Position numbers and translations under genes: made by a program. Positions 1 through 9,421 of a DNA stretch of 64,000 nucleotides are shown piece after piece (position 1 is the first letter of the stretch; each line of letters begins with the position of its first letter). This stretch comes from Candidatus Zixiibacteriota bacterium (GTDB lineage Bacteria; Zixibacteria; MSB-5A5; UBA10806; 4484-95): the NCBI GenBank assembly GCA_037441845.1, contig JBBIRK010000005.1, forward strand, positions 1 to 64,000. The letters run 5' to 3'. Under the pieces are notes generated by a model. That model ran no database searches and had not been told where the DNA came from. It saw nothing but the letters and a program-made list of their open reading frames with translations.

Positions 1-54
1 TATCGTCCCTATATTCACATGCGGCTTCGTTCGCTCAAATCTCTCCTTGGCCAT
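1..54 (-). CDS. tuf: Elongation factor Tu, 5' fragment (runs off the left edge)
   Basis: Reverse complement of 54..1 reads MAKERFERTKPHVNIGTI, the canonical EF-Tu N-terminus. It lies just downstream of tRNA-Thr(GGT). Not in the ORF track. Confidence 0.97.
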   Translation of the reverse strand, partial: MAKERFERTKPHVNIGTI

Positions 55-111
55 TTGATTTTCCTGCTTGATCTCCCGTTAAAATCAATCCCGTTTTCAA
101 CTGTCTGTTTC

Positions 112-184
<73 letters not shown>

Positions 185-234
185 AAAAATAATCAAATAG
201 AGAAGACAATATCTCCCCTAAATGACAGACAATC

Positions 235-262
235 AATATAGAACCCGAAAAAAAGCTGTCAA
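235..262 (-). promoter_or_regulatory. sigma70-type promoter for tRNA-Thr(GGT)-tuf
   Basis: TTGACA (262-257), 16 nt spacer, TATATT (240-235). Confidence 0.65.
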
Positions 263-667
263 GCACTTTTTTTCATTTTTCCATCATTATTTATCGGATT
301 GGCAAAACAATTGCTTAGCCTTGTTCAGGGCCCCCAACTTGCCAATCAGGCATATCGAAAAATCCGTCTATCACGGCACCTATTGCTTCCTCCCGAGGTT
401 ATTCATATTATGCCGAATCTCAATTATAGGATCGATTCAAGTTTGAAACAAAAGAATGACGACATTAGATAGTTTATACAGTTCACAGGATGACCAATAT
501 ATTCTTTCTTGACAACTGGACTGCAAAAGTCTTTTTTCCCCAAAAATCGGTGACTGAGCTTTGCGGAATTTTTATTTCGAGCGATGAACTGAAGGCCTCC
601 TGCAACGATTAAACTGAATCGGACGAAACATTAAACTCATGTTATCCCAACTAAAAGGAGCACTGGG

Positions 668-2512
668 ATGCCAGGAATGAATCTCGCCGTAAACCTGAAA
701 CTAAACGAGAATAACAATTTGACCGTTCCCCAGTCAATTATCTTGCGACTCACATTCGACCAATCCTATATTTTCGAAAATCTTTATACAGACGATGGAA
801 TTTCGCTTACTTTCAGCGGATATAACGAGTACCCCCGCTTTTCATACGATGACGGTCAGAACAAAATCTTTATCGATGGCACGCCCTATGGCACATCTTA
901 TGGCGAATTCGTCAAAGATATCATATCATCCGTCCAGGAAATCATCGATTCGAACGGCGCGAAAACAGACCGCCTAAAGGGGGTCGTTCTTTCTACGGAT
1001 GGGGAATTCACGGTTTACTATATCAACAAATCTCATGGAATGGCACTTGTTTTCAACGATGCCCTCGGCCGCCTTCCCTACTATTTTCAAGCAAGCAACA
1101 ATATGCTGCTGCTTTCCCGATCGCTGAAATTCATAACCGGAATGATGTCTCAGGTGGAGATCGATAAAAACGGACTGATGGAATATTTTCTGTTCTCGGC
1201 TCCCCTCGGAGAGAAAACTTTTCTTAAAGGCGTCTCCCGTCTTCTGCCGACCAGCTTGATCTTGGTGAATTTGAGGTCTGGGACGATTCGTCGGCAGATA
1301 TTGTATAATTACAATCTCGACGAAAGACATGAGAACGACTCGCTCGATTATTATGTGCAATCTATGCATGATCTATTCATGACCGGTATCAGGAATCGCG
1401 TCGCTCGGTTCCCGGAGAGAAAGAGTATTCTGGCCATGAGCGGAGGTCTGGATTCGAGAGCCGTGCTTATGGGCCTGTTGAATTGCGGCGTCCAGGTTCA
1501 GGGTATCACATTCCGGGATCATTACAACGCGCTTCGGCGGGATTGGCCGGTGGTCGAAAAATTGATAAAGGAATTCAATCTGCAACATAGATTTTATGAT
1601 GTTCCCCCGGATAGTCTCGAAATGCTCGAGAAACTGATAATCGGCAAAGACGGCATGGGCGTGATGGGGTTGATGGGTTCGGTGTTATACTGGATGGAGA
1701 CGATCGATAAAGATTTCGGAAAATCGGTACTTTATTATACGGGTGACGAGGGGAACTACATCGCCGCTCCGCGTTACGGAGAGAAAACGATAAAATCGAC
1801 TCCGCAGCTTGTTCGAGAAATCATCAGCCACAATAGCTTGAGTGCTTTCAGTATCGAAAGCACGGCCAAAATATTCGGTCGTTCGCCGGGATCGGTTATG
1901 GATTATCTTTGCGCTTTTTTCGACAGTTATATCGAAAAAAACCCTATTCATCGAATCGATCGATTCTTTATATTCGAGCGCTCGTTCAAATTCACCATGG
2001 AAAATCAGGATCGGATCCGCCTCTATTTCTGGCCAATGGCGCCCCACTACAGCATCGATTACGCCAGATTCGCATTCAAAATACCGAATCGATATTTGGC
2101 CGGGTGGAAAGTTTATGCCGGTATGCTGAAAACATTGAATCCGAAAAGCATTCGACTCAAATACGCAAATTTCGGTATTCCCCTTGATTCGCCGTTGATG
2201 CCCATTTACCTGCCGTTGAGATCACTTGCCACCAGCAATGAAACGATAAGAAGAAATCTGATCGGCTTCTTGAGATTGATAAGAAATCCGATCGGTATCA
2301 CCAGAAAAATAGATGAATTCGAAGCCGTCGGTCAGCTTCGGAATTATTATAATACAATAATAGGCAAGAACGAGGATCTTGGTGCGATCCTGGACCTGTC
2401 GCAAGTTACCGAAATCGTCAAGAATGAGTCTTATATTTACCGACTGTACTTGATCACAAATATCCTGAAATATATAAGCACGATCGAAAATCGCAAATGC
2501 CTGCGAAATTGA
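668..2512 (+). CDS. Asparagine synthase-related PP-loop ATPase (AsnB-like, no N-terminal catalytic Cys)
   Basis: Ntn-like segment DGEF...NDALGRLPYYF, PP-loop LAMSGGLDSR, YYTGDEG motif; RBS AAGGAG at 655-660. Confidence 0.8.
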   Translation: MPGMNLAVNLKLNENNNLTVPQSIILRLTFDQSYIFENLYTDDGISLTFSGYNEYPRFSYDDGQNKIFIDGTPYGTSYGEFVKDIISSVQEIIDSNGAKTDRLKGVVLSTDGEFTVYYINKSHGMALVFNDALGRLPYYFQASNNMLLLSRSLKFITGMMSQVEIDKNGLMEYFLFSAPLGEKTFLKGVSRLLPTSLILVNLRSGTIRRQILYNYNLDERHENDSLDYYVQSMHDLFMTGIRNRVARFPERKSILAMSGGLDSRAVLMGLLNCGVQVQGITFRDHYNALRRDWPVVEKLIKEFNLQHRFYDVPPDSLEMLEKLIIGKDGMGVMGLMGSVLYWMETIDKDFGKSVLYYTGDEGNYIAAPRYGEKTIKSTPQLVREIISHNSLSAFSIESTAKIFGRSPGSVMDYLCAFFDSYIEKNPIHRIDRFFIFERSFKFTMENQDRIRLYFWPMAPHYSIDYARFAFKIPNRYLAGWKVYAGMLKTLNPKSIRLKYANFGIPLDSPLMPIYLPLRSLATSNETIRRNLIGFLRLIRNPIGITRKIDEFEAVGQLRNYYNTIIGKNEDLGAILDLSQVTEIVKNESYIYRLYLITNILKYISTIENRKCLRN

Positions 2513-2681
2513 AAATGGCCGTCTGAACGAAATAGGAAATTCCGCCCGATTTTACTCGGCTTGGAATCTTCGTGTTGCGGAAGCGAAGTCAGGTTTTCAG
2601 ATGGGTTAAACAACGATAGACAGCACAGAAGCCGTCTATTTATAAATCCGGTTCGACGATTGAATGCCAATGTGATTCGAC

Positions 2682-2755
2682 AGCGGGAGACGGGGCTCGA
2701 ACCCGCGACCAACAGCTTGGAAGGCTGTGACTCTAGCCAACTGAGTTACTCCCGC
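2682..2755 (-). tRNA. tRNA-Gly(TCC)
   Basis: GCGGGAG...CTCCCGCT acceptor arm; anticodon arm ACAGC-CTTCCAA-GCTGT; T loop GGTTCGAGCC. Confidence 0.97.
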
Positions 2756-2763
2756 GCTTCTAT

Positions 2764-2793
2764 AAATTAGAAATTCAACCTATCAAAAGTCAA
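2764..2793 (-). promoter_or_regulatory. Possible promoter for tRNA-Gly
   Basis: TTGACT (2793-2788), 18 nt spacer, TAATTT (2769-2764), just upstream of the tRNA 5' end. Confidence 0.45.
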
Positions 2794-3119
2794 CAATAAT
2801 CAGCCATACTCATGAAGCTCAAAATGAGATCTTTGATCGATTTCTTATTGACGTATTCCGTGATAATTCTTTTCCCGAGAGCGAACGCCATACCGGTATC
2901 GAAAATCACTCCGTGCGAAGTGCCGTCCCAGAAAATTCTCACCTCATCGGCGGCAGCGATAGCGTCGCGATTCTGAGCGCATATTCGATCTATCGGCACG
3001 TCCTGCCGAGTATCGCGAAGCGGTATATAAACGCTGTGGCCTTCGCTTTCAAGCCGCCGGCCGAGTTCCAACGCCTTGTCGAAATGAGCTTTTGAGTGGA
3101 TTATGAATATCCGCGCCAT
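2790..3119 (-). CDS. Small nucleoside 2-deoxyribosyltransferase-like / TIR-like flavodoxin-fold protein
   Basis: IFIIHS...LESEGHSVYIPLRD N-terminus; AIAAADEVRIFWDGTSHGVIFDTGMAFALGK resembles the NDT motif GxxxExGxAxAxxK, with Asp at the Glu position. Confidence 0.7.
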   Translation of the reverse strand: MARIFIIHSKAHFDKALELGRRLESEGHSVYIPLRDTRQDVPIDRICAQNRDAIAAADEVRIFWDGTSHGVIFDTGMAFALGKRIITEYVNKKSIKDLILSFMSMADYC

Positions 3120-3194
3120 GTTTCATTACCGTCACAATCTAACAAATATCATTAACCTCATTCGGAAATCGATCTCCTGACAGGTAATCCGATT

Positions 3195-3276
3195 TGGAGA
3201 GGGGAGGATTCGAACCTCCGAAGGCTGAGCCGGCAGATTTACAGTCTGCTCCCTTTGACCGCTCGGGAACCTCTCC
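3195..3276 (-). tRNA. tRNA-Tyr(GTA)
   Basis: GGAGAGG acceptor arm, anticodon arm GCAGA-CTGTAAA-TCTGC, long variable arm, T loop GGTTCGAATCC. Confidence 0.97.
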
Positions 3277-3345
3277 TATTCGTCGAATGCGCCCCTAATA
3301 AAACTATTTTCGGGCTTTTGGCAAGAAAAAATTGGGGATTATCAC

Positions 3346-3374
3346 TTTACACTTTTGGGGAATTATGATAGGAT
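3346..3374 (+). promoter_or_regulatory. Promoter for the cydA-like pair
   Basis: TTTACA (3346-3351), 17 nt spacer, extended -10 TGaTAGGAT (3369-3374). Confidence 0.55.
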
Positions 3375-3395
3375 GCAAAAGCAATTTATGGCAGG

Positions 3396-3416
3396 TTAAT
3401 CAGATTATTTGATTAA
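3396..3416. promoter_or_regulatory. 21-bp dyad, candidate repressor operator
   Basis: TTAATCAGAT-T-ATTTGATTAA, an inverted repeat with one mismatch, between the promoter and the RBS. Confidence 0.5.
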
Positions 3417-3464
3417 AATGACTTCAAAGGCGGTCGCTAATTTTTTAGAAGGAGGGGATTGAAA

Positions 3465-4841
3465 ATGCACTATCCTTGGTGGTACGTGCCTTTTTTGACT
3501 TCGCCGATGCTTATCGCCATAGTATCGGTATTGCATATAGTGGTGTCGCATTATGCGGTCGGCGGCGGGATGTTTCTGGCATTCGAAACCAGATTCGCAT
3601 ATAAAAGCGGTAACAATAACTATCTCGATTACCTTCACCGACATGCCTGGTTCTTCATTTTGGTAACCGTTGTTTATGGAGCCATAACCGGCGTGGGGAT
3701 CTGGTGGACCATAGGTCTTGCCTCTCCCCTGGCCACAGAAACCTTGATTCATACGTTTGTCTTCGCCTGGGCTATGGAATATGTCTTTTTTATTCTCGAG
3801 ATCGTCTCCGCATTCGTATTCTTTTATTTCTGGGGCAAACTCACGGAGAAAACCCATCTGTTGGCGGCGAATATTTATGCCTTTTCGGCTTGGATGAGTC
3901 TATTCATAATAACCGGGATAACCGCATACATGCTCAACCCCGGAGCTATACCATCGGACCAGAGCATGTGGGCGGGCTTTTTTAATCCGCAATTGATCCC
4001 GCAAGTGCTCGCCAGAACCGGCGGAGCGTTTCTTTTGACATCTCTATATGTGTTTTTACACGCATCGTTCAAAGTCAAGGATAAAGACCTAAGAAATCTT
4101 ATAGAGAAACGCTCTGCCAAACCTGCTCTCTGGGGGGCCATATTCGTGACTTTGGGCGGAATCGGCTGGTATCTGATGCTTCCGGAATCGGCAAAGGCAG
4201 CCCTTGCCGCCGCAAGCGTCCTCAATGTCCTGATGGTTCTTATTTTCGCCCTGACTGCGGCGGTTTTCGCCTTGATGTATTTCGGCCCATATAAAAATCC
4301 GGGATGGCTATCGCCGGGGTTTGCGATTTTGTTTTTCATATGCGGATTCGCTGCCATCAGCACCGGTGAATATGTCAGGGAAGCGGTGCGCAAACCTTAC
4401 ATTATCTATAACGACGTCTTGGGAAATCAAATCAGAGCGCGGGAAATTCCTGGGTTAATAAAGATAGGTTACCTTGAAGGCGGTCGCTGGACTTACGCTT
4501 GGATGAAAAGCAATTATCCTCAAGTATTCACCGGCGAAAACATCGATGAAAAACTATTGTTCGAATTACCCGAGCCGGATCAATTGCAGATCGGCGCCGT
4601 GCTCTTTCAATACCATTGCAACGACTGTCACGCACTGCGCGAGGGATATTCTCCGGTGGGACATATGATCCGCGGCTGGACCAGGGAAATGATAAAATCA
4701 ACCGTAATGCATCCGGAAAAAGCGGCTTTTTTCATGCCGCCTTTTGCGGGGACACCGGAAGAGGCGGAAATTTTGACTGAATTTTTGGAAAAACTCGCTC
4801 CCGCACACCCCGCGGGTATGTATTATGGAAAACAGCAATAG
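3465..4841 (+). CDS. Cytochrome bd subunit I (CydA)-like membrane protein with fused C-terminal cytochrome c
   Basis: HIVVSH, AMEYVFFILE, AYMLNP and EYVREAVRKPY align with CydA motifs; C-terminal CNDCH haem-c motif with distal MPPF. ATG 3465 preferred (TTG 3459 possible). Confidence 0.85.
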   Translation: MHYPWWYVPFLTSPMLIAIVSVLHIVVSHYAVGGGMFLAFETRFAYKSGNNNYLDYLHRHAWFFILVTVVYGAITGVGIWWTIGLASPLATETLIHTFVFAWAMEYVFFILEIVSAFVFFYFWGKLTEKTHLLAANIYAFSAWMSLFIITGITAYMLNPGAIPSDQSMWAGFFNPQLIPQVLARTGGAFLLTSLYVFLHASFKVKDKDLRNLIEKRSAKPALWGAIFVTLGGIGWYLMLPESAKAALAAASVLNVLMVLIFALTAAVFALMYFGPYKNPGWLSPGFAILFFICGFAAISTGEYVREAVRKPYIIYNDVLGNQIRAREIPGLIKIGYLEGGRWTYAWMKSNYPQVFTGENIDEKLLFELPEPDQLQIGAVLFQYHCNDCHALREGYSPVGHMIRGWTREMIKSTVMHPEKAAFFMPPFAGTPEEAEILTEFLEKLAPAHPAGMYYGKQQ

Positions 4842-4850
4842 GAGGCAGAA

Positions 4851-5987
4851 ATGGATCCTGCAACTTTAATTGCGCCATCGAGCCCGCTTGGTTATCCCGC
4901 TCCGTACTGGTTCTTAGTGCTATTCAAGGTTCTGGGGTTCGTTCTCCATAGCGTGCCGATGAATTTATGGTATGCGGGGATAATTATCGCGCTCTTGTTA
5001 CGGGCTTTCCGCAATGAAAACGGACGTATTTTTTCGGATCGTCTAATGAAACAAATGCCGATAATTATCGCGCTGGGAGTTAATCTTGGTATAGTGCCGC
5101 TTTTATTCGTGCAAGTGGCCTATTACAAGGCGTTTTACCCGGCGACGATTTTGATGGCCTGGCCCTGGCTGGCAATAATCGCGCTCTTGACCGTAGCCTA
5201 TTACGGCGTTTACGCGTACACCTCTTCGCTGAAAGGAATCGCGTTCAAAGACAGCCGTTGGCCGCTCTGGGCCGGCTGGATTTCCGCCATATTTTTCGTG
5301 ATTATAGGTTTCTTGTTCGTCAATGGCTTTTCGCTGATGGCCAATTTATCGGCTTGGCCGGAGATCTGGAAAAATACGAGCGTGGCGGGCGCGCCGCTGG
5401 GAACCGCGCTTAACACCGATGATAACTCCCTCTGGCCGCGCTGGCTGATGATGTTCGGTCTGGCGATTATGACAACGGCCGCCTATTCGTTTTTCGACTG
5501 TGCTTTCCTGGCGGACAAAGAGTCGCTCGCGTATAAGCGATGGATCAACGGTTTCGCTTTCAAACTTTACACCATCGGAATGTTATGGTTCGCATTATTC
5601 GGCTTATGGTACTCGATCGGAACCTGGTCGAACCAGGCAAAACAGGTGATGTTCGCAACCCCGACCATAATATTGACGGCCGCAACAGCCCTCAGCCCGG
5701 GATTGATTTGGCTGGTATTGTTGAGCCGTTTCCATAAAGAACGTGACTCGAAACCTGCGGCGCTATTCATTGCAATCTGCCAGTTTCTCGTGCTCGGATT
5801 AAACGGCATAAGTCGGCAGATCGTGCAAAATGCCGATATCGGGATATATTTCGATGTAACCACCGAACAGGTAAATATACAATGGAGCCCGATGATTCTG
5901 TTTTTGCTGTTATTCGTGGCGGGTCTATTTACCATAATTTGGCTCTTGAACAAAGCGATAGTTGAGGCGCGCAAATCGACAGCCTGA
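4851..5987 (+). CDS. Polytopic membrane protein, degenerate CydA-like partner subunit
   Basis: About 9 hydrophobic segments; LHSVPMN, GVNLGIVPLLFVQ and SRQIVQ motifs; RBS GGAGG; 9 nt downstream of the upstream gene. Confidence 0.7.
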   Translation: MDPATLIAPSSPLGYPAPYWFLVLFKVLGFVLHSVPMNLWYAGIIIALLLRAFRNENGRIFSDRLMKQMPIIIALGVNLGIVPLLFVQVAYYKAFYPATILMAWPWLAIIALLTVAYYGVYAYTSSLKGIAFKDSRWPLWAGWISAIFFVIIGFLFVNGFSLMANLSAWPEIWKNTSVAGAPLGTALNTDDNSLWPRWLMMFGLAIMTTAAYSFFDCAFLADKESLAYKRWINGFAFKLYTIGMLWFALFGLWYSIGTWSNQAKQVMFATPTIILTAATALSPGLIWLVLLSRFHKERDSKPAALFIAICQFLVLGLNGISRQIVQNADIGIYFDVTTEQVNIQWSPMILFLLLFVAGLFTIIWLLNKAIVEARKSTA

Positions 5988-6062
5988 GTCCACTTCCGAA
6001 AACCCGGGCGTTTCTGTTTTATATTACCGCAGGGGAAACTGTTATCCATCGGGATAACTTAC

Positions 6063-6091
6063 TTGCTCCGCGGAATGCAATTGCGTAAATT
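6063..6091 (+). promoter_or_regulatory. Possible promoter for the cysteine desulfurase gene
   Basis: TTGCTC, 17 nt spacer, TAAATT. Confidence 0.4.
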
Positions 6092-6145
6092 GCCTTCGGT
6101 GTTGGGATATTAAGAAACGAAACTTCGAGGCAAGGGAGCTGACGG

Positions 6146-7357
6146 ATGCCGGAAAAATTGATTTATCTCGATAACGCTGCCACAGCCTGGCCGAAACCAG
6201 AAAGCGTTTATGTTTATATGACCGAATTTTACAGGAATTACGGCGTTAATCCGGGCCGCAGCGGCTACGATTTGGCGATCGAGGCGGGCAATGCGCTCGA
6301 GCAACTGAGGGCGAAACTGAACAGGTTTTTCGGCGGAGATGAAACCGCCGACGAAAGAGTATGTTTCGGCTACAATGCCACCGATGCTCTTAATCTTATA
6401 ATCCAAGGGATGCTTTCACCGGGTGATCATGTGATCTCGACATATCTCGAACACAATTCCGTCATCCGCCCGATAAATCACCTGGTAAGAGACGGCGGCG
6501 TGCAGGCAACCTATCTTCGATTCGATCCACAGGGTTTCATCGATCCTGACGACGTCAAGAAAGCCATCCGTCCCAATACCAAACTGGTCATGGTTAACCA
6601 CGGCTCGAACGTGATCGGGACGATTCAGCCGATAGCGGAAATCGGGGCGATTTGCCGCGAAAATAATATCGCATTCGCTGTCGACACCTCGCAAACGGCC
6701 GGGGTGATCCCAATAAATATGAAAACCATGAATATCGACCTGCTGGCATTCACCGGCCACAAGGCTCTTATGGGATGCACCGGCATCGGCGGGATGTGCG
6801 TGCGCAAGCATGTCGAACTGCGTCACACCCGCAGCGGCGGCACCGGGGTGAAATCGGCCTATCCCTACCAGCTCGAGGAATATCCTTATCGTATGGAGTT
6901 CGGAACCCCGAACTTGGTGGGAATAGCCGCGTTAACCGCCGGACAAAAATGGATTGAAGAGCAGGGAATGGCGAATATATACGCCCATGAGCTCGAATTA
7001 ACGAAACGACTTGTCGAGGGATTTCGGAAAATCGATGGGGTGCGCATCTACTGCGCCGACAAGCTCGATAACCATCTCCCGACGGTTTCTATCAATGTCG
7101 AGGGGATCGACGCGGGCAATGTCGGAATCATGCTCGACGGCGAATTCAATATCGCCGTCAGAACCGGACTGCATTGCGCCCCGTTGGTACACGAACAACT
7201 GGGCACGATCGATAAGCACGGAAGTGTCCGTTTTTCGATCGGGCCGTTCAATACCAATGAGCATATCGATTCGGCAGTAGAGGCAATCGCCGAAATAGCG
7301 TTTCGGGCAAAAAGCAATAAAGTCGGCGCCAAAACCAAGGGATCTTCCCCCTGCTGA
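6146..7357 (+). CDS. Cysteine desulfurase family protein (class V PLP aminotransferase)
   Basis: YLDNAAT, EHNS, NHGSNV, FTGHK (PLP Lys), RTGLHCAP (catalytic Cys). Confidence 0.92.
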   Translation: MPEKLIYLDNAATAWPKPESVYVYMTEFYRNYGVNPGRSGYDLAIEAGNALEQLRAKLNRFFGGDETADERVCFGYNATDALNLIIQGMLSPGDHVISTYLEHNSVIRPINHLVRDGGVQATYLRFDPQGFIDPDDVKKAIRPNTKLVMVNHGSNVIGTIQPIAEIGAICRENNIAFAVDTSQTAGVIPINMKTMNIDLLAFTGHKALMGCTGIGGMCVRKHVELRHTRSGGTGVKSAYPYQLEEYPYRMEFGTPNLVGIAALTAGQKWIEEQGMANIYAHELELTKRLVEGFRKIDGVRIYCADKLDNHLPTVSINVEGIDAGNVGIMLDGEFNIAVRTGLHCAPLVHEQLGTIDKHGSVRFSIGPFNTNEHIDSAVEAIAEIAFRAKSNKVGAKTKGSSPC

Positions 7358-7489
7358 CCGAACTATCCACCTTTAATTGATTCATTGAACACGAGGCAGA
7401 TCGTTATCACGGGAATTCGTGCGGCTTTACTGCAACCGAAAAAAATCCATCGGCAAAGCGTATATTTAAGGAATGATTGCAAACGAAAA

Positions 7490-7562
7490 AGCCGGAGAAG
7501 GGACTCGAACCCCCGACCAGCTGATTACAAATCAGCTGCTCTACCGACTGAGCTACTCCGGC
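7490..7562 (-). tRNA. tRNA-Thr(TGT)
   Basis: GCCGGAG...CTCCGGCT acceptor arm; anticodon arm GCTGA-TTTGTAA-TCAGC; T loop GGTTCGAGTCC. Confidence 0.97.
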
Positions 7563-7610
7563 CTTAATTTCGACAAGCTGATTTCTACAACCTCATGGCT
7601 GAGCCGACTG

Positions 7611-7639
7611 AAAATAATTACGCCCTTTCCATAGGTCAA
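7611..7639 (-). promoter_or_regulatory. Possible promoter for tRNA-Thr(TGT)
   Basis: TTGACC (7639-7634), 17 nt spacer, TATTTT (7616-7611). Confidence 0.5.
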
Positions 7640-7713
7640 GTGATCAAAGTTGACGCGCACGACAAGAGAAACCATGGTAAGTACATGGAACAATCGGATT
7701 CGGCACGAATTCT

Positions 7714-8631
7714 TCAATTATTCAGGGCAAGAGCCAGAAGCTTCTTGGCATCTCGGTATCTATATCCATTCGATGTCGAGCCAAGCAGGACCGCCGTGAT
7801 CGGATGGCCGTCATCATCGACCACATTCAAGGCGAGGCAGTATCCGGATTGGCTTATGTAACCTGTTTTGCCGCCCTTTACATTGTACTCGCCGTAAACA
7901 AGCCTGTTTGTATTATATAAAGAATGGGTTACATTTTTATTGAGCGCTTTGAATCGATAATTCTTTTTAGAAGTTATTTCCGAGATGATTTCGTTTTCGA
8001 AAGCCATCTTCGCCAATTTTACATAATCCACGGCGCTCGAAACATTACCGGCATACAAACCGGTGGGATCGACGAAAGTCGTGTTTTTCAATCCCATTCT
8101 GTAAGCGAGATTATTCATCAGAAATACGAACTTCTCCATCGAAAAGCCCGTCGATCTGGCAAGCGCTCGGGCGGCGGCATTGTCGGAACGCATCAAACAC
8201 ATGTGCAGACAGTCATGCAAAGTTATCCGTTCGCCGACGTATAATCTCGACCTGCCGGCGCCTGCTTTATCCTCGGCGGTAATCGTGACCACATCGTTCA
8301 GATTCGGTTTTGTTTCCAAAAATGTAAGGGCGGTGGCCAGCTTGGTCAGACTGGCTATCGGCAACCGACTGTCTTGATTCTTGGCAAAAATGACCTCGCC
8401 TGTGAGTGCATCGACGACGATCGCCGCCCGGGCACTGATATTCAACTTGGTCGGGGCGAAATTATCCCATATCAGCGAAAATACGCTCGCCTCCCTCGAA
8501 TCCGCAATGCCGTATCCGTGTGAGGGAGTTTTCTCTTTCGTCACGCGGTAAGAGTAAACCGCGGATATCACCCAAAACATAACTAAAACCGATAATGCCT
8601 TGACGACAATGCCACCGATTTTGCCCTTCAT
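7714..8631 (-). CDS. D-alanyl-D-alanine carboxy/endopeptidase, peptidase S11 (PBP7-like)
   Basis: SxxK (ASLTK), SDN and KTG motifs; N-terminal membrane anchor. Confidence 0.9.
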   Translation of the reverse strand: MKGKIGGIVVKALSVLVMFWVISAVYSYRVTKEKTPSHGYGIADSREASVFSLIWDNFAPTKLNISARAAIVVDALTGEVIFAKNQDSRLPIASLTKLATALTFLETKPNLNDVVTITAEDKAGAGRSRLYVGERITLHDCLHMCLMRSDNAAARALARSTGFSMEKFVFLMNNLAYRMGLKNTTFVDPTGLYAGNVSSAVDYVKLAKMAFENEIISEITSKKNYRFKALNKNVTHSLYNTNRLVYGEYNVKGGKTGYISQSGYCLALNVVDDDGHPITAVLLGSTSNGYRYRDAKKLLALALNN

Positions 8632-8632
8632 A

Positions 8633-9421
8633 TTAAAACTCCAATTGCATCATTTCCATCATCATTTTTGCACTTTTCACCGCCTGCCCCAGATGGCAAT
8701 TATTGAAAAACAGGTATATTTTTTCGGTTTCACGGCGCATATTATCTATCATTTTTAACCAATCGGCCAATTCTTCTTTTTTATAATCATAATTGTAACG
8801 GTCACTTCCGGGGCGAGGCTTCCACCAATCCCGATCGTTGCGTCCATGAAATCTTACATAACCGATTGAAGTCGTGGCAATCGCCCGGGGCGGGAATAAC
8901 CCCTCGAGCTGGGGCTCATCGACACAGCAGATACCGATTTTATTTTCTCCCAAAATACGATAAACCTCCGCTCTGTCCCATTCCGCGTTTCTAAACTCCA
9001 CGAACAGGGGAATATTACCAAATCTCGCTTTGCTGTCAATAATGTAATTCAGATTGGCGGTCGAGAAACGAAAAGACCAGGGGAATTGAGCGAGATATCC
9101 TTTCAATTTTCCAGAATCGATCAAGGGCTTGACCGCTTCGAAAAACAGATCGAAATTCGCATCGGCCTTTGCCCGATCGTGGGTAAAAGAGCTGTGCGTT
9201 TTCACGATAAATTCGAAGTCCGGCGGCACTTTTTGGGCCATGTGATAAAACACGGTCGAATGAGGAATTCGGTAATATGTCGAATTTATTTCGACTGCGG
9301 GAAAATGATCTTTATAATAATCGAGCATCTTCCCTTTTTGAATTCCGACTGGATAGAACCGCCCGATCCAATCGTCGAATGAATAGCCGGAGGTGCCCAC
9401 AAGAATACGGCACGGAGTCAT
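8633..9421 (-). CDS. DUF72 (YecE-like) domain protein
   Basis: VGTSGYS, VEINSTYY, QFP, VEFRN, YVRFHGRN and FFNN motifs. Confidence 0.92.
   Translation of the reverse strand: MTPCRILVGTSGYSFDDWIGRFYPVGIQKGKMLDYYKDHFPAVEINSTYYRIPHSTVFYHMAQKVPPDFEFIVKTHSSFTHDRAKADANFDLFFEAVKPLIDSGKLKGYLAQFPWSFRFSTANLNYIIDSKARFGNIPLFVEFRNAEWDRAEVYRILGENKIGICCVDEPQLEGLFPPRAIATTSIGYVRFHGRNDRDWWKPRPGSDRYNYDYKKEELADWLKMIDNMRRETEKIYLFFNNCHLGQAVKSAKMMMEMMQLEF

Noticed and set aside
222..446. 74-aa ORF upstream of the AsnB-like gene
   Set aside because: Overlaps the tRNA-tuf promoter, has no RBS and no protein-like features
589..629. Hammerhead-ribozyme-like words CTGA...GGACGAAAC
   Set aside because: The core CTGAnGA is not matched and no convincing stems are present
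456..2512. Lasso peptide cluster (AsnB-like protein as cyclase, 18-aa upstream ORF as precursor)
   Set aside because: The short ORF lacks the YxxPxL leader and penultimate Thr pattern; no B1/B2 protein nearby
185..7489. Intact integrative element or prophage at the tRNAs
   Set aside because: No integrase or transposase, and no duplicated tRNA 3' end found flanking the inserts
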